Shown piece by piece: positions 50,946 to 61,555 of a DNA stretch of 64,000 nucleotides. Position numbers and translations under genes: made by a program. The stretch covers positions 1 to 64,000 of the forward strand of contig MCFE01000146.1 of assembly GCA_002104905.1 (NCBI GenBank). Direction: 5' to 3'. The stretch comes from Basidiobolus meristosporus CBS 931.73. Taxonomy: Eukaryota > Fungi > Basidiobolomycota. The notes below the pieces were generated by a model. It ran no database searches, was not told the DNA's origin, and saw only the letters and a list, made by a program, of their open reading frames with translations. The first letter of the stretch is position 1. Each line of letters starts with the position of its first letter.

Positions 50946-53900
50946 TGTGGGTTATTACTGACTGTACTTGGTGAGTGGGAGAGCTTATAGGTCAAGTCAG
51001 TACCACTTGGTTCAGAGTAGCTTCCAACAGAAGGTAGCAAGGTAATACAGACTTGTGTTTATTTTGTCCAGTATCCCCTTGTCTTGGTTAGATTGGGTAC
51101 ATATATATATCACTTGGGGGGGGCCTAGATAATAGTCAATATGTTATAAAATAGGGGTGTGAAAACCTTCCTGTTATGGTAAGTGTTCTAACTAGATAAG
51201 GGGAGGGATAGGAGGGAGGGTGCGTGGGGGAATCATAGGGAGGATACTGGGGGATTTTGGGTAGGACTCTGGGGAGAACTCTTGGGCAAAGAGTGGGTAC
51301 TGCATTTAGTACTCAAATGTCCCAGGGGTTAAGAGGGAGCTTTGTCCTGAAAGTTCTCTTGACTAACTTGCTTCTCCAGGGTCAATTTTGTTCACAGAGC
51401 ATGGGGAGTCACCATAGTACCATTGCTGGTTATCACTTGCAAGGGGGTTGCAGGCAAATACTGATACCATTTGGCGGCAGAGTCGGGTGCAGCTTGCGTT
51501 GCTCAAGGGATATTTTCCACAGAGCCAAATAGTTGGCAAACCATAGGGTTCTGGGTAAGTTCCTTGGGAGGGTTGGAGAACAAGAAAAGGTGCAATAGCG
51601 CAATAAAGTCTTGCTTCTTTATCTTGCAAATGTTGTTGGGGCTTGTCCTTTTTGTGTTCAATATGATGGTGGGGGACCTTTTGAAGAGGACGTACACTTG
51701 GTTGGCAGTCACCCATTGTCGGTAACAAGTTTTGCTTCTTCCAAGATGTATTGTAATTCTTCTGTAGAAACTGTGGCGCAATTGAGGCGCTTTTGTACTT
51801 GCCTCATGGTTTCTACAGAGTCTGTGGTGGTTTCTTTGGCTTCTTAGAGTTGGACTTTGTACTGGTTCCTGAGTTGTCCTATGGTAAACCACTGTAATAG
51901 TTGTAAAACAGCAACTTGGTGAATGCATGGGTTAACTGGCCGGTGTATTTAATCTGTTTGCGTATCTTCTCTAAGATGGTTCCTTCTTGGAAATGTGGTT
52001 CAAGATGTTTGCGAATTTCTTGGAGGAGTCCTTCAATTGGGAGTTCTACTTCTGGTGCTCTTGCAGCTTGTACCAGGTCTGTGTATACCTCAACAACCGC
52101 GGTACCTATCAATGGCAAGTATGCAACAAAACAGGGGGGCTCTCAAGGTCTTATGAGGGCGCAACAGTTGATTCCTTGTGTCTTCTGTCTGACTGTGTCC
52201 AGTATGGATATGGGAATCAGTGCGGCGTCCTTCTCCTTAATGATTAAGGAACCTCCTATTAGGTGGTACATGGTCTTCTTGGGTAGTATCTCCATGCTTT
52301 GTATTGGCATGGGTAACTTGTCTTGTCCCTCTCTGATTGTGTCTTGTATCAACATGACTGCTCCAGCAAACAACTCTTCATAGGTGGCTCTTATTGCATG
52401 TAATGCTTGTACCATATCTCTCAACACTTGCAGGTTGGTTTCATTGTTGATATCATCTTGGTTCTTGCTGGTGGGAGGAGTATTGCCAGTTTTGGGTGAA
52501 CTGTTTCCTTTGGCGCTTTCTATATGCATTCTTTTGTTCTCCCCTTTGGGCAAACTTCCTTGTGCATATCATTTGTGCCTATATTGACTAAAATCTCCTC
52601 TAATAAGCTTTGTATATATCCCGTGTCTTCCTCTATCCTTGTCCTGATAACTAATTAGTCACACTTTGGTTTCAGTGATGATTGGTGGATCATCATGAAA
52701 CGGTTTCAGATGGGCTGGCGCTACATTGCTGATTGTCTTGTTGTTCAGGGTAATGGTGTACTTTAGCCCGTGGTCCAAGCTAATGACGGTGCAAGGGCCA
52801 ATCTATTGAGGTGTAAATTGTGGGCAAAACTTGAGGCCTGCAACGGTTTGATTGTACCACACTTTATTGCCTGGTTTCCACTTTTGTCCTGTTAGTTCTC
52901 ATTTTTGGGTGGAGGGGGAAGGTGCTTGTCAACATTTTCAAATACTTTTATGTATAGGTGGGCAATACAGTGTATCAACCTTTCTACATAGTCATTATGT
53001 GTCATCAAGGGGACACCTTCCATTGTCAATCCAGTTTCTTCACGCTACTTGGGCCTTTGTTTGTTCAGAACTTTGTTTGGGGAGAAACCTGTTGTTTCAT
53101 TTGGTATTGTACGCATTGCTAGGAGTGTCAGTAGTAGTAACTTGGCCCATGATTGGGGTAGTTCCCAGTGGAGCTTCTCTAGTATGTGGCAACACATCTG
53201 GTTCATTCTCTTGGCTAATCTGTTGGTCTGGGGGTGATATGTGGCCATGAAGACCTGTTTCATGCCCATCATTTTGCACAACTGGGCCACGGTGTTGTTC
53301 AGGAAGGAGCCACCATTGTTGGACAAGAGTATCTGAGGATATCCGTGCCGGCAGATGAGGTGTTCTAGAATGAATTGGGCAGTTGTCTTCTGGTCTTTAT
53401 TTTGGATGGCTTGGGCTTCTACCCACTTTGAGAAATAATTGGTAGCAATTATTAGGTATTGTTCTCCTTTCTTTGTTTTCATAAAGGACCCAACAAAGTT
53501 GATCCCTACCCAATAGAAGGGTAGGTCAAGCGGTATTGGTGCATTGTCCCTATCTCTTGACTTTGGTTAAATCTTTTGCAGGTGGAGCATCTTTGTAGTG
53601 TATTCACAACATTGGTCATCATTTTTTCTCAATAAAACATCTTCCTTAACATCTTGTATGTTGTTAAAGGGTTAGCGTGTCCTAATGACATATGTCTTTC
53701 TTGTATGATTTCTTTGCAGGCAGTTATTGGGGGTACCTCAACTCTGAACTGTCCTTGGAGGAGCCATAATTGGTTTTCTTGTACTTTGTACTGACACCAT
53801 TTCTTTCAAAAGTCTCTCTTCTGCTTGTTTATAACAACGTGTTTGGGATACTTCCCTCTTCTTTTAAATCAGATTATGTCTTTGTAGTCATTGCTGATGC

Positions 53901-56900
53901 ATACTTGGCAAACAGGATAGCAACTGAGGAAGTCTGCATCTTGGTGTTTCTTGCCGGCGGGATGAATTATTTCAAGGTCGTATTCTTGTAGTTGGAGGGC
54001 CCAATGTGCTAGTTGACCGGTAAAGTCTTTAATTTTCATCAGCCAGACCAGTGCGCTGTGGTCTGTTACTATTGTGAATTGGCAACCATGTATGTATTTG
54101 TGGAATTATTTAATTGAATAAACAACAGCCAGACATTCTATCTTGTTAACGGGGTAGTGACGTTTGTGTTTGTTTAACAAACGGCTCACGTAACCAATTG
54201 GGTGGAATTCACCGGGTTGGTGGTATTGTCCCAGTACAGCGCCTATACTGGCAAGACTTCCATCAGAGTTAATAAAAAATCTTGCATCCCAATTGGGAAA
54301 ACGCAACACTGGCGGTGACGTCAGGGAATGTTTTGGCTGATTGAATGCTCTCTTTTGAGGCTCTGACCATACAAAACACTGGCCTTTTTATGTCAATTTG
54401 TATAGGGGGGCTGCTATTGTTGCAAAGTTTTTGTCAAAGCGGTGATAGTAGCTGGCTAATCCTAGGAATCCCAACACTGCATTAATATCCTGTGGTGCAG
54501 GTGTATCTTGAACAGCTTTCAGGAGTGAAGTAGATGGGTACATTCCATCTGCCAAGATCTTGTGGCCCAGGAACAACAATTTTGTATACAGGAAATGTCA
54601 CTTCTTGGGATGTAGTTTGAGTCGGTTTTTGAGGAGGGCTGTCAGGATACGTTGCACATAGTGTATATGTACCTCTACATTGGGGGAATATATTGTGATA
54701 TTGTCCAGATACACAAGAGCGCATTCCCATTGTAGATTTCCTAGCACCTTGTTGGTCATCCTTTGGAATGTAGCGGGGGCATTGCACAAGCCAAAGGGTA
54801 GTTGGTTCCATTTGTATAATCCCAATAATGTTATAAAAGCGGTTTTGGGTTAATCTTCCAGGGCTACTTCTACTTGCCAATACCCAGGGATTAAGTCAAG
54901 AGAGCAAAAATATTTAGCTCCGATTAATCTGTCCAACAGGTTGTCTATTTGCAGTAGTGTATGCACGTCCTTCCGGGTGATGGCATTCAATTTTTGGTAG
55001 TCAATGCAAAAGCATTGCTTTCCGTCTCTCTTTGGGACTATCACTACAGGGGAGGCCCACGGAGACTGGCTCTCTGTAATGATGTTGTCTTTCAATAAAG
55101 TTTCAATTGTCTCTTTGATATGGTCCATATCAATTTTCAAGCTCTATAGGCTTTTTGCTTGATGGGGTATTTGTTGGTGAGGTGGATTTGGTGATATACC
55201 TCAGGTATATGACCAATTACTTGGTTCTTAGAGAATACTTGGGCAAGCGGGCGTATTCCTTCTAGGACCTTGTCTTGTAACACAGGCGGTAGACTGGGGT
55301 CCACATATAGTTTGGGGAGTTCTTCTTCTGGTTCCTTGTTTGTAGGTGGTTTTTGGTTGTTTCTGTCAACTTCCTCTAGGTTTAACAATGGTACTCCTCT
55401 AGGCAATGTCACTGTATGTCACCCATTGTTGACCACTAAGCACTTCGGACTTTGCGTTGCAAATTTTGGTGGTATCCATACTTGAGGGATCAAGATTCCT
55501 TCCAGTTGCTTGGATGCCTTTGCTGTGGTTATCATTCTTCCGCTTGTCAAATAAGCAATTGGTGTCTCTAATGAGATCACTGTCTCACTGGCGGATGTTA
55601 TTTTATCACCTTTTGTGTGATGATTGGGGACTCCAACAGTTTCACCTCTACAATTGTCACACTGTTGCTATGCACCTTGCTCTTGTTAGTGATATGAATC
55701 AGTGGGATACTCTCAGTATTCCACCTGAGTTCAGATGCACTGTAAAGTATATCCATCTTATGTTGGATAAACCAACTCTTGCCAATGAGTAAGTTGTTGG
55801 CAGCAACAGGTAGAACCATGACATCTTGGTATAGTAGACTTGTTCCGTTGGATGGTGCCACATTGAGCCATGAGTGCCAAATCATGCCATAGTGTGCCAG
55901 AGAGGCCAATTGTGCCTCAACCTGGCCACAGAGTGTGAAACATAGCTCCGCATCTTCATGAAAAGCAGCCCCTGTGTTTCACCCATTGCACAGGAGAAAA
56001 TTCATTTTTTGACCTTTTTTTTTGGATCAATGTTGTGCAGGATGTATTAGAGCACAAGCAGATTGAAGATATGCATCTGGCACTCAATACCCATGTCACT
56101 CTGAATCTAGCTCCGGTAGCTTGTATCATATCACAAAAATGAATGGCACTATCTTGGTCCACTGGTACTATATGGCACTATATTTAAATATTAGCCCTAA
56201 AGTAAGATCTATACAAAGCACTTATAGTGCCAGATAGTACCAGTGGACCAAGATAGTGCCATTCATTTTTGTGACATGATATAAGCTACAGGAGCTAGAT
56301 TCAGAGTGCCATGGGTAATGAGTACCAGATGCATATCTTCAGTTCTCCTGTGCTGTTACACATCCTGACCTACATTGATCCACAAAAAAAGGTCAAAAAA
56401 TGGATTTTCTCCTGCGCAATGGGTGAAACACAGGGGCTGCTTTACATGAAGATGCAGAGCTATGTTTCATACTCTGTGGCCAAGTATAGGCTCACTTGAC
56501 CTCTCTGGCACACTATGGCATCATTTGGCACTCATGGCTCAATGTGGCACTATCCAACGGAACAAGTCTATTATCAAGTTGCCTGACCAGATGGGGCAAT
56601 TAGGCACCACACCTACCGTTGTTTCCAGTTGGTCATTTGCTAGCCGTACTCAAATGGTGTTGTTGGGGACTATGTCTAATTTTAGACATTTCACTAATGA
56701 CTTGGACATGATCAATGTAGAGGATCCTGTGTCAATAAGGGCAAGAATCTCCTTATTCTCTATACATACCTTTACATATGTACCTTTATTTAGTTTTTGC
56801 AGGACCATCTGGTTGACATGAAGGGTTGTGATCTCCTTCAATCCCTCTATCAGTTCCTTGACTAGAGCCTGGGCAAGTCCCAGTAAATTGGTTATTGGGA

Positions 56901-58417
56901 GGGTTGCCTTGGTTTGCTCTAGTACCCTCATTATAGGGAATAGGCCATGGGAAGATGTGCTAGCGTTCTTTGTTTGCTTTAACACTTCTTCCCAAGGCTC
57001 ATTACGTACTTATTCACCTAATTCCACGTTCTTTCCTTTTGACAGAACCTCTACTACAAGTTCCTTTGCCTCCTCTCTAGAAGCACCATGTTGACGCTTC
57101 TTCTTCCTCACTTTGACTGTCCTGACCAGAGGGCTTAGATTGACTGAGTCCTGTTGGCCTCCTGGCAAGGGACTCTGTCTTTTGATGCCTTCTTCTCTTT
57201 TGTGTCCAGTATGGCTTCTTGTCAGTACTGTTTTTCACATTTGTGGGCCCGGTGACCTACTTTGCCACACACATAACACGGAGATTGTTGTTGCGGTTGT
57301 TACATCTGTTGGGTCAGGGCTTGTACCTGGGCCTTTAGATCTACAACAGCTTCCCAGAGTTTATCGCCTTCTTTGGGGACTTCTTGGACATTGTTGATCA
57401 AGAGTTCTTGGACCTTTTGCCATAACTCTTCTAACTCACAGTCTTTTGGGGAGGCAATTTTCCTTTCTTACAGGGGATCCCTGTCCTTCAATCACTTGTA
57501 TCACTCTAGGGTAGCCCCCATAGTAAGATGACCCCTTGCACTTGTTTGACCAACTCTTGCAGCATTTTACATCCCTGTTGTTCTTTGGATGCCCTACGTC
57601 TTATTTTGTTGTCTAAGCCCATGATGTAATACCTCATGAGCTGTTATTTGGCAGTTTTGTCCTTTGGGAGACATCAAACTTGTTGGAGAAACAGTTCAGT
57701 GTAGGCTTCATAGCTCTCACTGCTTTTCTTCTGTGAGGACAGTAGAAGGGCTTTGTAGTGGTATCCTTTGGCATATAGAAAGCATGTCTTGCAGGCTTCT
57801 TATAGTGCATCCCAGTTGTCTTTAACTGCATCTTCCAACCCATAATGCCATCACCATGCTGACCCTTCCATATGTCTTGCAAACTCCCTTACTTTCTTAT
57901 TGTTGTCCCATCCTGCATCAACCGCAACTCTCTCAAACTTACCAAACCACTCAAGGGCTTTCTCTCTCTTTCCCTTGTATGTTTTTAGTTTGATTGTAGT
58001 AGTCATTACATCACTTGTGCTTATTCTGCAGAGACGGCACCAAATATATGGGTTATTACTGACTGTACTTGGTGAGTGGGAGAGCTTATAGGTTAAGTTA
58101 GTACCACTTGGCTCAGAGTAGCTTCAAATAGAAGGTAGCAAGGTAATAAACACTTGTGTTTATTTTGTCCAGAATCCCCTTGTCTAGGTTAAATTGGGTA
58201 CATATATATATCACCAGGGGGGGCTTAGATAATAGTTAATGTGTGATAAAATAGGGGTGTGAACACCTTCCTGTTATGGTAAGTGTTCTAACTAGATAAG
58301 GGGAGGGATAGGAGGGAGGGCGTGTGGGGGAATCATAGGGAGGATACTGGGGGATTTTAGGTAGGACTCTGGGGAGAACTCTTGGGTGAAGAGTGGGTAT
58401 TGCATTTAGTACTCACA
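50946..58417 (-). mobile_element. Ty3/gypsy element C, full LTR-to-LTR, inserted into the 5' LTR region of element D
   Basis: Highly similar LTRs 50946-51317 and 58047-58417; 5-bp TSD TAGTT (50941-50945, 58418-58422); PBS TGGTGCCGTCTC. Protease ALIDTGSS, RT SPWASPVVIVPK...PFGLCNAPATFQ...VYLDNI, RNaseH, integrase NYFSKWVEA...YHPQTN. Confidence 0.92.
55837..56568. mobile_element. 732-bp foldback (long-TIR) non-autonomous DNA element with TA target duplication
   Basis: Arms 55837-56182 and 56223-56568 (346 bp each) are near-perfect inverted repeats around a 40-bp spacer. Removing the element plus one TA restores the protease frame GNLIILYQDVMVLP...LLIGKSWF. Confidence 0.9.
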
Positions 58418-59527
58418 TAGTTTACAGCTGTTACAGTATTGGAGCTTTGGTACAATACTCTAACAAAGGACTTTGAGCCAGTACCTTCTGAAGTGATGCA
58501 AATTTATTCATAATTTTGGATTATGGCTCAATAATTGTATTCTTGACAAACTAAACATGTCCAGTACAGAGTACAGCTTTGCAAGCATGATGGCTGCCTT
58601 TGCCCAGCTGCAACAAGACAATGCAGATTGCAGAAACACTGTTTCTCAGCTTCAGAGCCAAAATACTCAACAGCCTATCCATACTCCCTCCTACCATGAT
58701 CCCAAGATCACTTCCGCCACCAGGCTCAGTAGCTCCCAAAATGAGTTCAAAGGTCTCATCAACATAGTCAAACATCACTTGTTGCTACTCTGCAATTGGT
58801 TCCCAACAGATCAAGCAAAAGTTAGTTATATCTCTAACCTGCTCACTGGAACTACCCAGAAATGGTTCTCCCCTTTGGCAAAAATTAACTCCCCTCTACT
58901 TAGTGACTGCCATGCCTTCCTCACAGAAATGGAGCTAACATTTGGCAACATTGACCAAGTCAGAGCTGCTGCCAACAAGAGCAAGAACTTGAAGCAAGAA
59001 AACAGACCTGCATCTGCCTATGCTTCAGAGTCTTGGCTACTAGACAGTAACTTCAGCCTTTGGGGTGATGCTGCCTTAATTACTCAGTTTCAAGATGGAC
59101 TCAATTATGAAGTCAGTGACCTGCTACTCATACTCACTAACCCAACTACCTTTGGTGAAGCAGCAAGTTAAGCAATCCAATATGATAATTGCTTTTTACA
59201 GAAGAAACAAAAGTTCCAACATACTTATCAGCTTACCTCCTTCCCAGTAATCCAGTTACCCAGTGCTAAGCCTGATAATCCTATTCAAATAAACAGTGCC
59301 AAATACAAGAAACTTACAACAGAAAAAAGATCCAGATGTTGATAGACAAACCTTGGCCTTTGCTGTGGCCAACCAGACCAATTTGCCAAGCCTTGTCCCA
59401 ACAAGAAGTCCAGCTTCAAACTCCTGCCATCAACTAGCAAACAGCCTTCTCCAGAACTCTACAGTGGCAGGCTTGCAACTGGACCCTCCAATCAATGTTT
59501 AACACATTCCAGAAACATCATATACTA

Positions 59528-59736
59528 GACTTGTTCCATTGTGCCATTGACCATAGTGCCAGAGAGTGCTGTATATTTTGTTATTAGCTTGATATTTTAG
59601 GGTCATATGCATGTCAATTTTGATCCCAAATTGGCACTGTATGGCACCATCTGGCACTCTGTGGCAGGATCAGGCACCATCTGGCATGCTATGGCGCTAT
59701 TGGACGCCATGATCAGCTAGAATGATGGAATAAGTC
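59528..59736. mobile_element. 209-bp MITE with the same termini (GACTTGTTCC) and TA duplication
   Basis: TA|GACTTGTTCCATT...ATGGAATAAGTC|TA; internal TGGCAC/GTGCCA repeats. Removal restores the frame ETSYTTTKSIQ...ALIDS of the element D protease. Confidence 0.8.
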
Positions 59737-60751
59737 TACCACCAAGTCCATCCAGTCCATAAGAATGCCTGTCAACATCCATATCCCGGAATCCAGTCCT
59801 GTCCATGTTTTTGCCCTCATAGATTCTAGTGCTTCCTCCTGTTTCATTGACTAGTCCTTTGTCCGTAAGCACAAGGTCCCCACTATCCTTAAGTCCTGTC
59901 ATATCCAAGTAGAAGTTATTGATCAAACATCCCTTTCCTCTGGTGCTAATGCCCATGAGACTGGTCTACTCCAGCTGTCCACTACTGGTCACCATCAGAC
60001 AATAGCCTTCAACATCATCAACTCTCCCCACTACCCCATAGTCCATGGAAGCTAATGGCTAAGTCACCATAACCCAGCTACCAACTGGAAGACCAAAGCC
60101 CTGACATTCTGTAGGGTCCATCAGGTCAACTCCATTGAGTAAGATCACAATCAGGAACTGGTACCCTTTGCCCCTGATCAACACCCTGTTGGATCAACAC
60201 TCTACTGTCAAAGTGTTTATCAAAATTGACCTCAGAGGAGCTTACAACCTTGTTAGGATCAAGCCTGGCAATGAATGGAAAACTGCCTTTAGAACAAGAT
60301 ATGGTCACTTTGAGTATAAAGTTAAGCTATTTGGCCTCACCAATGCCCCAGCTGTCTTTAAGTAGTTGATGAATAACATATTCTGTGAGTACCTTGACCA
60401 ATTTATGGTTATCAACCCTGATGAAGCCCTGATCTACTCCAAGTCTCATGAAGAACATAATTTCCATATGAAGAAAGTCTTGACCAAGCATGACACCACT
60501 TGCCTCCATGCCAAGCTGACAAAATGTGAGTTTGACAAGACAGAGGTTGAGTTCCCAGGGGATCTTATAAGCTCAAATGGAACAAGAATGGACCCCCAGA
60601 AAGTAGAAGCCATCCAATCCTGGAAAACTCCCTCTTCTGTAAAAGAAGTGCAATCCTTCCTTGGATTTGCCAACTTACAATGTAGATTCATTGCTGACTA
60701 CTCCAAGATAGTCACTCCCTTGACAAAGCTCACCCAGAAAAATCTGCCTGT

Positions 60752-61555
60752 TGTGGTGGTGTAGAGGTACTCCTGGGAGAAGCTACACAACTCAAGGTGT
60801 GTGAGGTGTCTGATGGGTGCAATAACCTCTGTGTCTAAACTGCTGGCGTCTTTGTCAGTATGTCTCTATGGTAAAAGCTCCTGCTTCTCTAGCTTCCCAG
60901 GTGCTCCAAGTGTCTCCAAAGGCCTCTGTGTGTCTTGTGCACTACCCTGAAAAGCTCCTTGATGGCAGGTCTGAGATGTACTGTTGAAGGCAGGTGCAGT
61001 GATCAACTGCTAATCAATAAGGGAGAAGTGTTACTGATAGAAGGGATGATTTATTGATGAGGGATTGCTTTTGCTTAAATACTTTTCCTGCTTGCCAAGT
61101 GATTACTAATGACAAGGTTCTAGAAGATTCTAGGTATCAGTGGAACTCTTGATGACATCATTATGAGCTAAAAATATACCAATAATGTCCTGGAAGGTTC
61201 TAAAAGGCACAGCACGCTCAACCAATCAGGAATCAATAGTCTGCAACATGTGCAACATAGAAATACCATATATGATATTGAAATGGTAGGGATGGTAACA
61301 CAGACCTAGCTCATGTGTCATGGGTACTGATGCGGGTACTTGCCTTATGTAGATACATATACTGAGCACAAAGCTGAATAACATCTGAGATAACTAATGC
61401 TAATAACTAATCAGGGTAAGCATCATATGGGGATAAAACTGATAATATGGGCAAAAGAAGAATGGGATAATACTGATAAGATAAAATATGGATAAGTATA
61501 TCATAATGACTATATGAATAAACTTGTCTGTGGGAGGTATGTTTACCCTACCACA
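60752..61555. mobile_element. Solo LTR (804 bp), third family, between RT and RNaseH of element D
   Basis: TGTGGTGG...CTACCACA ends; flanks CTGT/CCGT (4-bp TSD with one CpG transition). Removal restores the frame QKNLPVAMNKEQLESF. Confidence 0.7.

Noticed and set aside
58436-58445. Tf1-type self-priming PBS for chromovirus D (GTATTGGAGC pairing with TCTCCAATGT at about 50693)
   Set aside because: Only about 9 pairs including two G-U wobbles, and the partner site is too close to the LTR start to be a convincing transcript 5' end; not supportable without TSS data.
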